Shown here: positions 1-13,470 of the stretch, one piece after another | Layout of the letters: every line of letters starts with the position of its first letter | How positions within the stretch are numbered: the first letter of the stretch is position 1 | Assembly (NCBI GenBank): GCA_964016885.1 | Contig: OZ024740.1 | Coordinates: forward strand, 66,836,001 to 66,900,000 | DNA: 64,000 nucleotides | Direction of reading: 5' to 3' | Origin: Eledone cirrhosa | Lineage: Eukaryota | The notes under the pieces: generated by a model | Database searches by the model: none | Seen by the model: only the letters and a program-made list of their open reading frames with translations | Told to the model about the DNA's origin: nothing | Translations under genes and position numbers: made by a program

Positions 1-3000
1 TCTCAGATGTGGTAAATTGTTTACTTTGCACAGGTGCCAGTGGATCACCCTGCCCATCACATCATGCCTCCAGCCCTTATAGTGCGTCTGGGCTAGGTGT
101 TTACACTCGGATACAATGTGAGCCACAGTCTCCTCTCTCTCTCCACAGATCCTGCACAGTGGGCTAGCCTCCTCCTTGTAAATATGGTGTTTCAATCACT
201 TCGTTTTGAGGGCCTGCTCCTGCGCAGCCATTAACATTCCTTCTGTAGCCTTTTTGAGGTATCCTCTTCTCAACCAGTTCCATGTCTGTGGATCTCTAAA
301 TTCAGTTTTCTCAAAGAAGGTACTATGAAGGGATTTTCCCTGAAGGCTGCTCTTTCTCCTTGGTGTTATTTCCTCCTTGGACATCCCCTGGCCTACTGTC
401 CCCTCCTTCAGTACAGTTCTGAGCATTGGCTCCTTACTATCAGTCACGTATTTGTGTAGGTTGCTTTTCTCCATCTGAACACAGTCCTCTATGCTGATAA
501 GACCTCTTCCAGCCTCAGATCTCCTTAGGTAGAGTCTATCGACATCACTCCTCTTGTGGAACATGTTGTAGATAGTCAATAGCTTCCTAGTCTTCCTATC
601 CATTTCTTTTTGTTCAGCAACATTCCATCTCAGAATTCCCGCACTGTACCTAATAATAGACACAGCTCGGGAATTTACTGCACTTATGGCATTTCTGCTG
701 TTCAGATGTGACTTCAATACGCTCCTTACTCTCCGAATGTATTCAGTTCTTAACAATTCCTTCATTTTTTTGTTCTTTATGCCATCAGCCTCCAGAACGC
801 CCAAATACTTGTATCCTTCCTCAGAGTCAATTTCCTTTATCATCTCACCTGTTGGTATCTGGATTCCGTTACTTCTGCTCAACCTACCCCTCCCCATCAC
901 AATGACTCCACACTTACTAATACCAAACTGCATACATATATCACTGCTTAAAATACGGACAGTGTCAACAAGCACATCCAACTCCTTCTCACTCTTCCCG
1001 AAGAGCTTAAGATCGTCCATGAAGAGGAGGTGATTGATGGTAAGCTCTCCCTTTCCAAACTAGTATCCTGCTCTCACTTTTCGCAGCATAATGGTCAGGG
1101 GCATCAGGGCAAGGACAAACAACAGACTTCACGCTTCCCAAGGATTCTCCAGTTGATGTTAACTCTGTTTCCCAGGACCTCATACTCCTGCCCAGCAACT
1201 GTCTGATGTTATCTGCCACCTTGAAGATCTCCAGGCTTTTGGTGATCCAAGAATGAGGCACCATGTCAAATGCCTTTCTGTAGTCTATCCATCCCATGGC
1301 AAGATCAGTGTGTCTCCTCCTGCAATTCCCCATTACCATCTTATCAATAAGTAACTGGTCCTGTGTAGCACGTGACTTCTTTCGGCATCCTTTCTGTTCG
1401 TCTGGTAACAAGTTGTTTGTGTGGAGGTGATGGTAGATTTCGTCAGACACAATGCTCGTCAACAGTTTCCACATTACGGACAGACATGTGATAGGTCTAT
1501 AGTTGGTAACATCATTACCCTTGATTCGGTCTTTCATTATCAGAACTGTGGTACCTTTTGTCACCCACTCTGGTACCTCACCTGACATCAAGCAGTCATT
1601 GAACATGGTTGTCAGTTTCGGGTGGAGGGATGTTAAATTTTTAATCCAATACCCCTGCACACCATCTGGGCCTGGTGATTTCCAGTTTGTTAGTGCTTTG
1701 GCCTGCCCCTTAAGAGTTTCAACTGTGATACTCAAATCAGTTTGTTGGTGTGCCTGCTCACCGATCTCCCTCTGTACTGTCTCAATCCACCCTGCTTGGT
1801 CATTATGTCTAACATCCTGCTCCCATATTCCTCTCCAGAATGTTTTGTTTGTTCCGTCCCAGGGATCAAGTCGTTGCCTCTTTCTTTCCCCCCAAGCTGT
1901 CCAAACAGCATCTTCTGGTTGTTGTCGATATGCGGTTCTGTTTATACTGACATGACTCTGTTCTCGTATCGCCTGATTTTTGCACTCTTTGCTACAATGC
2001 GTTGCTTCAGTTCCTCTATGATAATATTTAGCTTTTTCCTCCTAGTTTTCTACTTTATTTCTAGTCTATTTTTAGTGCCTATGTTTTTTAGTGTCCCATT
2101 CAGTAGTGACTCAAGCTTTCCAATGTCATTTCTCATTTTCCTGATTTGACCACTCAGTCGTTTCTTCCACCAAGGCTCTGCTCTTTCTTGTCTGTTGTTT
2201 CCTCTCGCTTTTATACTAAGTAGTTTCCTCACCGTATTTGCTGTTGCTTTGAGGATATTGTTGCACTGGTGAAGGCTCCTCGCCTCAAGGTATGGGATGA
2301 CTTTGTTTACCTTAGCTGTTGTTTCTTTTAACTTTTCCTGTCTACAAATCTTAGGTTAATAGGTCTCCCACTATCATTGTTCAATTCATCTACCACTAAA
2401 TTTAGGATGTCAACCGAATCTTGTCCTAGCCCGTCAGCATTCATCTCCTCAGTGGCCGTATCTCTGTTCCAGGTATTATTTATCTCAGTATTCAGATCAT
2501 TGTCTGCTTCGGGTGGTTCCTCCGTTCACTCGACCTCTTCACCTTCATTTCCCACTGGCTCGTTTGCCTGGCATATTCCACCCTCCATCTCCAAGCTAAT
2601 CTCTCTGCTCAGTTCCTCCAGTTCCAGCTTGCTTATCCACCCATTAGTTCTTATTACCCGAGCCTGCCCGGCCAATTTTTGTTCATCTAATTTAAATAGA
2701 CCAATCTCGTTCCAGATGTTATGCATCCGTCTCCTATAGCCCCTCTCCTTGGGGTTACTTTTCAGGTAGCATTGCATAACAGTTCTATTCAATTCTTTCG
2801 TCCAGTTGGTTCTGGTCCCTTTCTTTCTTCTTCTTCCTCCGTCACCAGCAGTATTTGGTTCACAGCCAGGTTCCTGCTGCTGAGCCAGGGAGCACCTGTT
2901 GGGTGAGAGTCTGTCACATGTGTTCTAGTCTCCATTTCACCGTTATTCGAACTGTTAAGGTTCGATATTTAAACACTCTTATCGAGGATTGGCGAATGTA

Positions 3001-3100
3001 TGGTTACATAACCATCTGTGGATTCACCGTCTCCGGTGGATTCACCGTCTCCGGTGGTTGCGCCGCTCCACTTGGCTCTTGTGTGGCATTATCACCACGC
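1..3100 (-). mobile_element. R4/Dong-clade non-LTR retrotransposon (RT + CCHC/REL endonuclease), disrupted; continues past the window start
   Basis: Minus-strand pieces in order: N-terminal GYRRRMHNIW..EQKLAGQARVIR (2526-2792), RT KSPGPDGVQ/YRPITCL/IDYRKAFDMVPH (1007-1735), HLLFMDDLKLF/YKYLGVLE/RLYLRRSEAGRGL (196-1035). After a TGA at 196-198 the frame reads CRICGEREETVAHIVSECKHLAQTHYKGWRHD (CCHC finger + RHD). The 5' boundary is approximate. Confidence 0.9.
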
Positions 3101-4275
3101 TCTAGACGAACACAAATAAACAAACAAACACACAGGCAGAAAAAAACCCAAAAATGAATAAGCATAAGTTTCATTGTAATGTAGTGTTCGAATGTCTGAC
3201 TTAGTTTTTCCCTTCTCTTCTCTGTCCGTTCGCTTGTTTCTCTCTTCATTCTTATTTTCTTTACGTTTTTTTTTTGTTTTTGTTTTTCTCTGTTTGTTTT
3301 TCTCTTTTTTTGCTGTTGTTGCTGTGCTGCTTTGGTTTTGATGTTTGTTTTTCTTTTTTCTTTTGAGTCTATCTATATATTTTGATGCCTTCCTCTTTTT
3401 TAGTAGGAATTCTATAATGTGGTGGCAACAACTAGCAGGAAGCAATGGGAGAGAATAGCGGCGGTAGCGATACTGAGACAGTGGTGGTGGTGATGTCGAT
3501 ACTGAGGCAGTGGTGGTGTTGATGTGATCGTATTACTGTAGTGATGGTGTTGTAGCGGTGGTAGCAATGAAGGAGTGGTGGCGGCGGTGATGGGATAGTG
3601 GTAGTAATGATGGCAGTGGTGGTGGTGATGTGGTCGTATTACTGTAGTGATGGTGTTGTAGCGGTGGTAGCAATGAAGGGTGGTGGCGGCGGCTGTGATG
3701 GGATAGTGGTAGTAATGATGGATGGGCGGCGTTGTCGTTACTGATGTCCGTTCGGTGAATCTATGGGGTTAGTCGCTTATAAGTGTTGACATAAATTCCC
3801 TTAATGTTGGGATTAAACATTTTTTTTAAACTTGGGACAATAATAATAGTATTTATTATTATCATTATTATGTTGAGATTGGTTGTGGTGGTGGTGAAAT
3901 TCCCGTTATCTGGCTGTTGTGTTTAGTGTACACAGAGAGGTGATGGGATAGGTGGTGTATCTAGTTTCTGGTGTTGGTGAGATTGGTGTTGTTTGGCTGT
4001 TCTATATAGTGTAGACAGAGGAGGGGGGGGGGTCTTCTTCTTCCATTTATAGCCATTTTCTTTTTTGAATACACAATGTACAATACAAAGTTGAATATTT
4101 GAATATTTGAGCCTTATAACAATATATTTTGGGTCCGAATTTTTTTGGGGCTCTAGCCGGATGCTTTACGTAGCATTTGTACTAAGAGTTGTTATTTCAC
4201 AAATGATTTAAATATGTTAAAAATTCAAAACTTACGGGAGCGATTTCATGACCTTCTACCACCTCGTGCCTCTTA

Positions 4276-4280
4276 TATTA

Positions 4281-4360
<80 letters not shown>
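4276..4360. repeat. (TTA)n/(TAA)n microsatellite abutting the 3' end of a Dong-like element
   Basis: Direct reading of the sequence. Confidence 0.95.
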
Positions 4361-5040
4361 TTCTTTCATTATTGTTTCTGAGATATATGCCGAGTGCCTT
4401 CCCGACACCTAGGGCAAATAAATTCCCAGTGTACCAGTTAATACAGCACATGGATTTAAAATTAATTTAAAAGAAAAAAAAACCCAGTATAGATATATAC
4501 TCATGTGCATATGCATATGTAAATACAAGGAGGGATATCAATCTTACAGAGATAGTGCTCTTCTAAATACGTGTGCAGTACCAGTCAAAACAATGTTTTG
4601 CACCTCGTGCAGAGAGAGCAAACCAGGAATCAATCTCATTTGTTCCTTTCTTGATCATACCCAGTCCTCCCACAATCACTGGTATGGTAACGGCCTCGAG
4701 GTGCCACATTTTCTCACTTTCAAGAAGCACATATTTATATTTTCGTAGCTTGTCAAACTCTTTTGCCGCGATATTGTGATCACATGGGATGCTCATATCT
4801 ATCAACAAACCGACCTTGTTATGTTGATATTTTAGAATGATGTAGGGAATATTTGCTTTTATGGTCCTGTCAGTATGTACAGGAAAGTCCCAGAGAATTG
4901 TTACTTTTTCTCCTTCAGTCACAACCTCAGGGTGATGGTTGTACCACTTGTCTTCAGGTTTGATTTTGTAATGCCGACATATTACCCAGTGTAGATATTG
5001 ACCATCTCAGTGATGTCTATATTTGTATTCTACTGGTGCT
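4361..5040 (-). mobile_element. 5'-truncated R4/Dong-type LINE 3' end (REL endonuclease + 3' UTR)
   Basis: ORF 4563-4922 ILWDFPVHTDRTIKANIPYII..LLIDMSIPCDHN..KE.DK..KY..PVIVGGLG is a decayed PD-(D/E)xK REL domain. The 3' UTR runs into (TAA)n. Confidence 0.85.
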
Positions 5041-5086
5041 AAAACTTTACATCCAGAGACCGAGTGATCCGTGTCTTGTCTCTCTT

Positions 5087-5297
<211 letters not shown>

Positions 5298-6113
5298 TCG
5301 GAAAACTGGGTAAAATACTCCTTCTGATGGTAAACCGTGGACAGCAACTGCTACAGAGAAACGAAATCTATAATTCCAAAAATTTTATTGACCGCTATGT
5401 ACCATTGAGCTGAACAAGCCTGATAATTCTTCTGTCCAAATATAACCTTATTTTAAAGCTGATCAAGTGTAGAGGGCACTTAGTCGTAATTTGAGTGATA
5501 CTACATACAATTTTCTGTAGTGCCTGCTGACCTCCTCCCATTTATAAGGGTATTTAACACGATTTTCTAAGTTTTTATACATAGCAATCGCCTCTGTTTA
5601 CAGTTATTTCCTGCGCTTAAGATTTTCAACATTTTCTGAGAATTTCTCGTCACTCAACTTCCGACTATTTAATTACAAATGTTGTTTTGTTCGTAGCTGG
5701 CTGCTTACTTTCTATTTAAATGGAATGTTCGTCAATGGACATTTAGCTGAACGGTACAAAGTGTTTCACCGATATTTGAGAAGTACAACATTGCGATTGA
5801 ACACATTTTCAACTGTGGAGTGTTTAGTCAATTGCTTATTAATTCCAGTAGCTGATTCTACAGCTGATCGAATATCTGGAATATACATCTTCAAATCTAA
5901 CGTAGTCATTCAATTTCACAACTTAGATTGTAAAGCTTATTAATATGTCATCTCTGAATCAATTGATTGTAATTTGCTCCTTCCTCTAAACATCTCGTAT
6001 ACCTTCTAAATCATAATTACTTGTTGCCCCTCAAACGGAATTCATAGTTGGCTGTCCAATACTTTCTCATTACTGTGTTATATTACAAGACTTAAATGAA
6101 ACGGACAGTTGCG

Positions 6114-6162
<49 letters not shown>

Positions 6163-8699
6163 TTCCATTGAAACGAATGGAACCATCATATAACACATTA
6201 ATTTTGAAATTAGAATCGAGAAGATCATCTGGGGTATATTTGTTGTATATTACCTTATCTAAGAATTGTTAAGAATTACTACTGTCAAGTAAATATATAA
6301 TTAATTTATATTTATATACGTTTGGATGTTATATATGTATTAAATCTTTGTAGTTTAGCGCAAATCGGTACATGGAAATAGATTTGTTCTTCGTTGTCTG
6401 TTTCTAGTAGACATGTGGGTTACCAAAGACGCCATTTTCAACATCGGAATGTGTGAATATTATTCGTTTCATTATGGTAATTGGCGTTATAAAAGATATC
6501 ATATATTTACAATATTGATTCCCTACTAAAACAAAATCATTTTTTAAAACATTTTTAATCGATTTATTATCAAAATGTCAGTAGATAAATTCCAATAAGC
6601 AATTTTCCTTATTGACAGATGTATTAGAAATTTCATTCCAGTTGTATCCTCATATCAATCAAAAACCGCCATATTAATTTAATATATAGTTTAATGTTGT
6701 TTTATTTTTCGTGTACGATACGTGTTTTAAATTTATCTCATTATAACCTTACGTGTCCCATGAAGTGTTTTTAAGGATTCATATTATCTGTTAAAAATTT
6801 AAAGATATATAAATATTAATTAAACCTCCAGTAATCATTCTAAAACTTCACTTACGTGGTTGAGAAATGTTACTGATAACGTCAGAGACTCTCGTAAATG
6901 TAATTGCTTTAAGGGTATAATTCATTTTGAATAATAATATTAACTTACCATATAATTTTTTCGAGACATAAGCATAGGCATAGCTGTATGGATAAGGAAT
7001 TCGCTTCGAAGCCCCGTAGATGTAGATTTAATTCCGCTGAGTTTTATATTATAACCTAGGTTCAATTAATGCTTTATGATTGAAATTAAGTAGACGGAAA
7101 ATAACGAAGCATGAATATGTATATTTGTGTGTTTATGAATATATGTGTGTTTACCTCTATATATATATGCCCATTTGTGTCTGGGTCTGCATCTACGTTT
7201 ATGTCCCGTCAATTAGTGGTTCAACAAAAATAAATCGATACAATATGACTTAATGAAAAATAATTAATGATCGGTAAAATCATGGCGGCACGCTAGCATA
7301 GGCGCAGTCTAATGAGTGAGACTAGAACAATTATAAATTATATCTACGTTGTATTTATTCGTTTAGTAGATGATATTCGTATGTTATTGTTTAGCTTTAA
7401 GCAACATAGTTTAACGTGAGTGTAATAAGAATTTGTGATATTCGTTCCTGGGAATTTTTATTGACAGAAAATTATAATGTGATCGGCTTTTCGACAACTC
7501 TGAAAATTATATTTATAAAAAAAAATATGTTGTTAAATGATAATATCAGTATATTCCTATAAATAATCTTCATCACAAACTATAATTTTGAATATTTATG
7601 ATTAAAATTTAATAAGATTTTAAATGTCTTTAATGGTTTAGTTGTGAAAGAAGTGGAAGAAAGTCTCCTTTCCACTGTAATTAAACATAGCATCCATCAC
7701 ACCAATATTATCAATAGCGTTTCAGCTGAACTTAAAAGTTTATGAAAGCAAGTTGCTTCCGTTTTCTTTCTTGTAAAGAAGCTCTAAGCAGTAATATCAG
7801 CTTGATAAATAAGACTTAATTTCACTGACATCTTTAAAAGAATATGGAGAATGGCCTACAAGAATTTAGTTTAGAATCTTTATTCTAATAGACTTGTTTT
7901 ATTATGAATTTATAAATTTCACTGAAAGATAAAAAAAAAAAAAATATCCTCATTTTAAATTAATGTTACATTCAACGCATAGTTTAATAAGAAATTGTTA
8001 TTATATATATTTTTTTTATTTCTGTATATTATATTAACATTTGTTTCCTTCAATCAAGAAAGTAAGGCTATTTCCGAATAAGAGAGAATCCAAATGACGC
8101 TAGATACTTTATTAATGCATCTATATCAATACTCATACATTCCTTAACGCCAATAAAATACTACATAATTGTAAATATATCTCATTAGCTTAAACGCAGG
8201 TAATTGTTATTTCTGCATATTCATAAACATACATGCGTGCACGTATCTCAACAAATATATGAATAGGAGGCTTGGAAGATTGATAGTGAATAATTAAATG
8301 AATAGATAGCCCTTAAAGTTACAGTTTTCCTTTTTATTTCTCTCATTTTCTTCATAATATATATTTAGATTTCTTGCTGTTCTTACAATTCTATTCTTAT
8401 TTTATAACCTGATTTAACGAGAACGAATATCTTCCAGAATGTTCAAAATTAATTTGATGGTTGCAGCCAGCTACTGGTGTGCAGTTTATATGCAATTAAA
8501 TGTATCTCACTTCCATCCAAAGTGATCGAAATCCCGCATTGTTGAATCGTGCAACTGGAAGAAAATCACGCCGAATGGAGCCGTGTACCGATTCCCGAAT
8601 CCAAAAAACCTTGGATGAATGTGGAGGAGCAAAGTATATATGAATCTCCGAGGAATATGTTTCGACAGGTTGAAGTATTATTTGGCACCGCCTGGATGG

Positions 8700-10860
8700 T
8701 CTAATACCACGGAAGAACGACGAATTTAGTTTGGTGCCGTCTTATTCTGGCCTAAATTTGGTAGTGGTCAGAATGACTCAAGTGCCGCCTATAATAACCA
8801 CATATAGTCTAATAGCAGTTGTCATCGCGAACATAAATGGTAAGTTGACCATTCTGGATCTATTCGATATTAAAAGATAAAAGCTGATGAATAACAACGA
8901 TGGAGCTAGTCATCTAAACGGTCCAAAAATGAATTGAGGCATCCAGCTACCATGGACGCAAGAATGCCAATATATCATACATGTGGAACAAGTATATTGA
9001 TAAATGCTCTCGGCCCACAAAGACCACGATGTGGGAAAGCCCACCACTTCTACCAACGACAAATCCCCAGCAATGATCATGAATAGAAGTAGCAGGGACA
9101 CAATAAATGCAACATCAGCTGCAGCGTCAATAACAGAGGCAGAAAAGACAACAACAATAGTTACAATCACTAAAAAACAGCAGAAACGCCAGCACCAAGG
9201 TCATCAGATCCAACTTGCGGGACAAACACAAGCACCGGCGAAAACAACCAAAACTAACACACCTAGAGGACAAGAACCTCCGTTACTTAACATAGTCATG
9301 TGTGGAATGTGGCGTGGATGGAGTTGTAACAAACAATCACCCACAAAAATGACGAGAAAAGAAAAAGGATTTCTGAATTCGCCCTCTAGAAATAGGGCAT
9401 AAAGTATTCATAGCCTTAAAGCAAATATCGCTATCAGCACACGTCATCTCCACTCTCCCTCAATCACCACCTCATCCTCATCCAATATCTCTGCAACTAC
9501 CAGTATGACCATCATCACGGACACAACAATCACCAGCAACATACGATTGAAAACACAACCTAAACACCCCCAAAACAACAGCAAGAGCAACAAAAGCAAA
9601 CCGAACAATAAAGACAAACTACACTGCGTAAAACCCGAAAGAAAGAATCTCCAATGTATGGCATAGTGCAACACAGAAAAAATGGAGAAAATAACGTCAT
9701 TTCACCGAGAATAACTGTAAAAAAGCACTTACAAATCATACAGTCAATTCAAGACAGTCCCCAATATAATCGGGGCTTTCCGTAAGTTCATCTCTAAAGG
9801 GATATTCAGCGATATTCTTGCCGAAGTGCCACTACTATCCGGAAAGACGAACCAACAGTAATTCATCCACACGAATAAGATAAGTGGTTCTTCTTACTTT
9901 TCCTCATCATCATCAAATATGGCCTTACTATGGATGGTAGTGTAAATGTACATGGCCTGGTATCGTCTTTGAAGCAGAATCAACTGCTCAAAGAAAACAG
10001 ATCACTGAACATAGATGCACTGGTCATCAGCAAGGTTGCAACAGGCAGCAGAACTGGACACGTCCAGATTCTGTGAGCCGAGAAGCGCTGGCGGTGCTGA
10101 GAAAGATCGTGGAAAGTGGTGATACGTTTGAAGAATTTAGGACAATACCCCTAAATGCGGGGCTCAAAACATTGGCCCAAGTATTAGCAACAAGGATGAT
10201 GCTTCCTATCGTTGCTCTGGTGAGCTAGATGAACATCTGCACGATTACGAACCTTTCCATCCACAATCTCCAACATATGCAATACCTCATAGATAGTGCG
10301 TGGCACTGATCAATCGAAAGCTCTCAGTAACGAACACCATCCGAACATAAGAGCGACCATCACAGCCGATGGTTGCGGATTCATTTCCAAAGGATTTATC
10401 ACTGCTATGCACAGTGACATCTATTCGGTGGTCGGGGAAATCGGCCATCTATAAGAAACACTCAATACCACGCAGATGGTCCAGAAATCCCTAACTAGGA
10501 TGTGCTACCGTGGCGCATTGTTAGTTCGAGAGGAATATTTCAGGTGAAGAGGTGCATTCAGTTGAGCCTGTCCAAGATGAGCGCAGAGCCACGGAACTCT
10601 ATTGAACGTATTTCCCCTTTGCCCGAGCTGGCTTGTGAGTTTATGCCGAACACCTACTGTCATACTAAGGACGGATCTGGATATCAGCTGAGGTATCATG
10701 AGGGAAATGGCGCACCACCTTCCTTTAGTCATTTAGCTGTTGACCAAATATTGGAGGACAGGCACTTTTCTCTTCGGTGAAGCACTGATCATATTTTTCA
10801 AGTTTCACTTCTAGTGGTAATTCGGGAAAGAGGGAGATGCTTCCTCCCAGCCTGTTTCTT
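8700..10860 (+). mobile_element. possible highly decayed LTR (Gypsy-like) retroelement remnant
   Basis: GC-richer, microsatellite-free block with a PBS-like TTTGGTGCCG (~8730), an FHPQS integrase-like trace (~10255) and a polypurine tract GGGAAAGAGGGAG (~10825). No intact frame. Confidence 0.25.
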
Positions 10861-11799
10861 GAAATGTGGATCAGAGCGGTGAGCATGATCGAAGTTAATG
10901 GGCCTGTTACGAGAATGCGCCTGTAGATTGGAGGTGGACGACGAGGAGGACGTACTTGCGCTCGAGGTTAGGCGCATGTGACGATTTTACTGCTTTCGTT
11001 ACGCGTGGCTCTCGAGTATTTTTCATTTTGGGGAAATTTTCTTGTATGTATGCTGTTTTCTTGTTACAATTATTTACACGCAAGCTTCTACTTCGCATTG
11101 TCCTACGTCATTCTGTGTCGACGTTCATGCTTACTTAATTCCTTCGATATTTTCCCCTGTAGGTACGTTGCCCTCATGCTGTGGTGGTGTATATACACGT
11201 TTCTTGCAAATATTGGGTAACCGGTAATAATGTCTTCAAAGGTCTCCATATATCCAAAACATTCTATCCATTGCATGAATGATGTGATAATGATATGAAT
11301 TCGTGCCTATGATATTGACTTTGCCTTGCGTTCATTATATTTTGGCGATTGTTTACTTGTTGCTGGTCAACATTGCTTCTTTGAAGTTTAGCTTATGTGT
11401 TCCATGAACAATATTTTTTTTTATTTTACAGTTCTCGTTATTCGTTGGTTGACTTGCTTAATGCTATGGACAACATATGTGGCAGCCTCGTTTTCATTGT
11501 GTCTTAATTTAAGGATATATATATATAAAATTCTTCTGCTTTCGCGATGCCTCTCAATATCTAGAAGGGAAATATTTGATGTTGAAAATGAGGTATTTAG
11601 GCTTATGGTGGTGATTCTATAGAGTAGTTCGAGTAGTACCATACTTTTATCTCCCACTGCGCATGATAGGTAAATTATGTCAGTATCTGCCTTTGGGTAC
11701 TGCATCTTGGTTCTTTGCCTCATTATCCATTTCTTAAATTATTTGTGGTTGATAAAGAAAACGTTATTATTCTTATTATTACTAAAGGGTGGTGGGAGT

Positions 11800-11990
11800 C
11801 GTGCAATATGCTTTGCGTCATATAGCTATATCCCTTTACCTTCTGCATTCAAATCGCGTTGAGTTTAACTTTGCCTTTCATCCCTCCGGGATCGATAAAA
11901 TAAAGTATCAAATCATGTCCTACTTTGGATGTTATCGACGGTCCCCTTCCATTAAATTGTTGGCCTTGCGACTAAATCGAAACCATTATG
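11800..11990 (+). mobile_element. tRNA-derived SINE with CTTTGCCTTTCATCC..GGG.TCGATAAAATAAAGTA core (family S1)
   Basis: Same core recurs at about 22540, 22740, 42580, 46910 and 47540. Confidence 0.7.
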
Positions 11991-12207
11991 ATGATGATGA
12001 TCCTCATCGTCGTCGTCGTCCTCATCATCGCCATCACCATCAACATCATCAACATGAGGATCATCATCATCATATTATGATAAAGATGATGACAATGGTG
12101 GTGATGATGATGATCCTCATGGTGATGATGTTGATGGTGAAGGCGATGATGATGACGACGACGACGATGATCATCATCATCATCATAATGGTTTCGATTT
12201 AGTCGCA
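11967..12207. repeat. fold-back inverted repeat of SINE 3' end plus (ATG/CAT)n tail
   Basis: TGCGACTAAATCGAAACCATTATGATG... is mirrored by ...CATCATAATGGTTTCGATTTAGTCGCA. Confidence 0.9.
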
Positions 12208-12949
12208 TATGGTGCCCTCTCTTGTTCCATTGATGTGTGCACGGATGCTTTTGGCAATGTCGAAATGTCTTCCAGGATGAAGTCTGTTTTGCATTTTTGT
12301 GGCATTTGTTTTGCTTTCTGGTTATAATTAATGATGCAATGTGAATTATGTGATTCTCTTTGGTTGTGTTTTTTGTGTACTATGTGATTCGTTTTTAGAG
12401 GGTTTGTGTAGAAGGCGATATGTTATGTGTGGCGTGTGTAATATTTAGGGCTTGCAGCTGCTTTGTATCTGAATTGGTGGTATTACTCCATTCCTTCTTT
12501 CATCTTTACTGTTGTTTTGTTCTGATCTTAATATTCTTCTTATTTGCAGTTATTTTCTAGTTACCTGATATACAGTGAATGCTTTAGCCTTTTCCACACG
12601 TTTGATCAATAATGTTCATGTATTGCTTCAAAGTAATCACAGTGCTGTTATTATGAAGTAGTTTCTAATTGTATCTCATCCAGTCCTATCTCTGTGTAAG
12701 AGGAGTATATTCTCTCTATTTCTTTAAATATGTGTTTATGTGTACACGTGTGCGTAAACGAATTTAGGGAGTCCATCTTCCTAATGCTGTGTAGTTTGCT
12801 GTTTCGTTTTCAATTCACCTATTTCACAAGTACATTATATGAAAAACTAATTTTTTTACAGTGCTACCCAGTGCTTTGATGAAATGTGCATGAATTTATT
12901 AAAAGGTGCATAAGCCATGGCCGGAGAGTTTTATTTTATACAAATTTAG

Positions 12950-13470
12950 TATGAACTATCATGAAACACCTCCTAATGAATGTATTTAATGAATCAACTG
13001 TTAGCGTCGATGACTGTTTTAATACAAGGTCTGAAACGTTGACAAATGACTTTTATCTATCTATTTTAGGCATTTCGCCAGTTATGGTGGACTTCAGAGA
13101 TGTTAACGTATTATGGGGACATTGGTTAACTATCCTGTCAACTACACCCCAAACGTATTAGTCCAACTGATTCAGGTCTGAAGAACTGAGACGCCATACG
13201 TTTGTAGTGACGGGATCGTGGAGATGATAACTCATCTATTCTTGAATCGTGTTTTCCTTATGTGACAGCGCAGAGTTTTGTTGGTAGGTGTAAGGTCTTT
13301 CTATCCTCACTCTCTCTATCCAAGGACTCACAACTCTCTGCACCACCTACTTATTGCCAGCAATAGTTTCTCTTAAGCCGTGAGGAAGAAATAAGGAAGC
13401 ATGATATCTCCCTCATTGCTCATGCCTCCCAGAACCATTACACTTGCTGGGACATTTGTGCGTATGACCG
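12950..13470 (-). mobile_element. decayed Tc1/mariner (maT/DD37D-like) transposase fragment
   Basis: Minus strand reads TNVPASVMVLGGMSNEGDIMLPYFF, PYTYQQNSALSH and VWRLSSSDLNQLD*YVWGVV, matching family motifs ASVMV.G.VS, FQQDSAPAH and WPPSSPDLNPLDY.VW. Confidence 0.75.

Noticed and set aside
2930-3000. HDV-like ribozyme in the R4 5' region (TTCGCC..TCCTCG..hairpin..GGTGAA on the minus strand)
   Set aside because: I could not find a P1 partner or the catalytic C in J4/2. It needs a covariance-model search.
10880-12500. Possible decayed retroelement coding remnant on the minus strand
   Set aside because: No diagnostic motif could be read with confidence.
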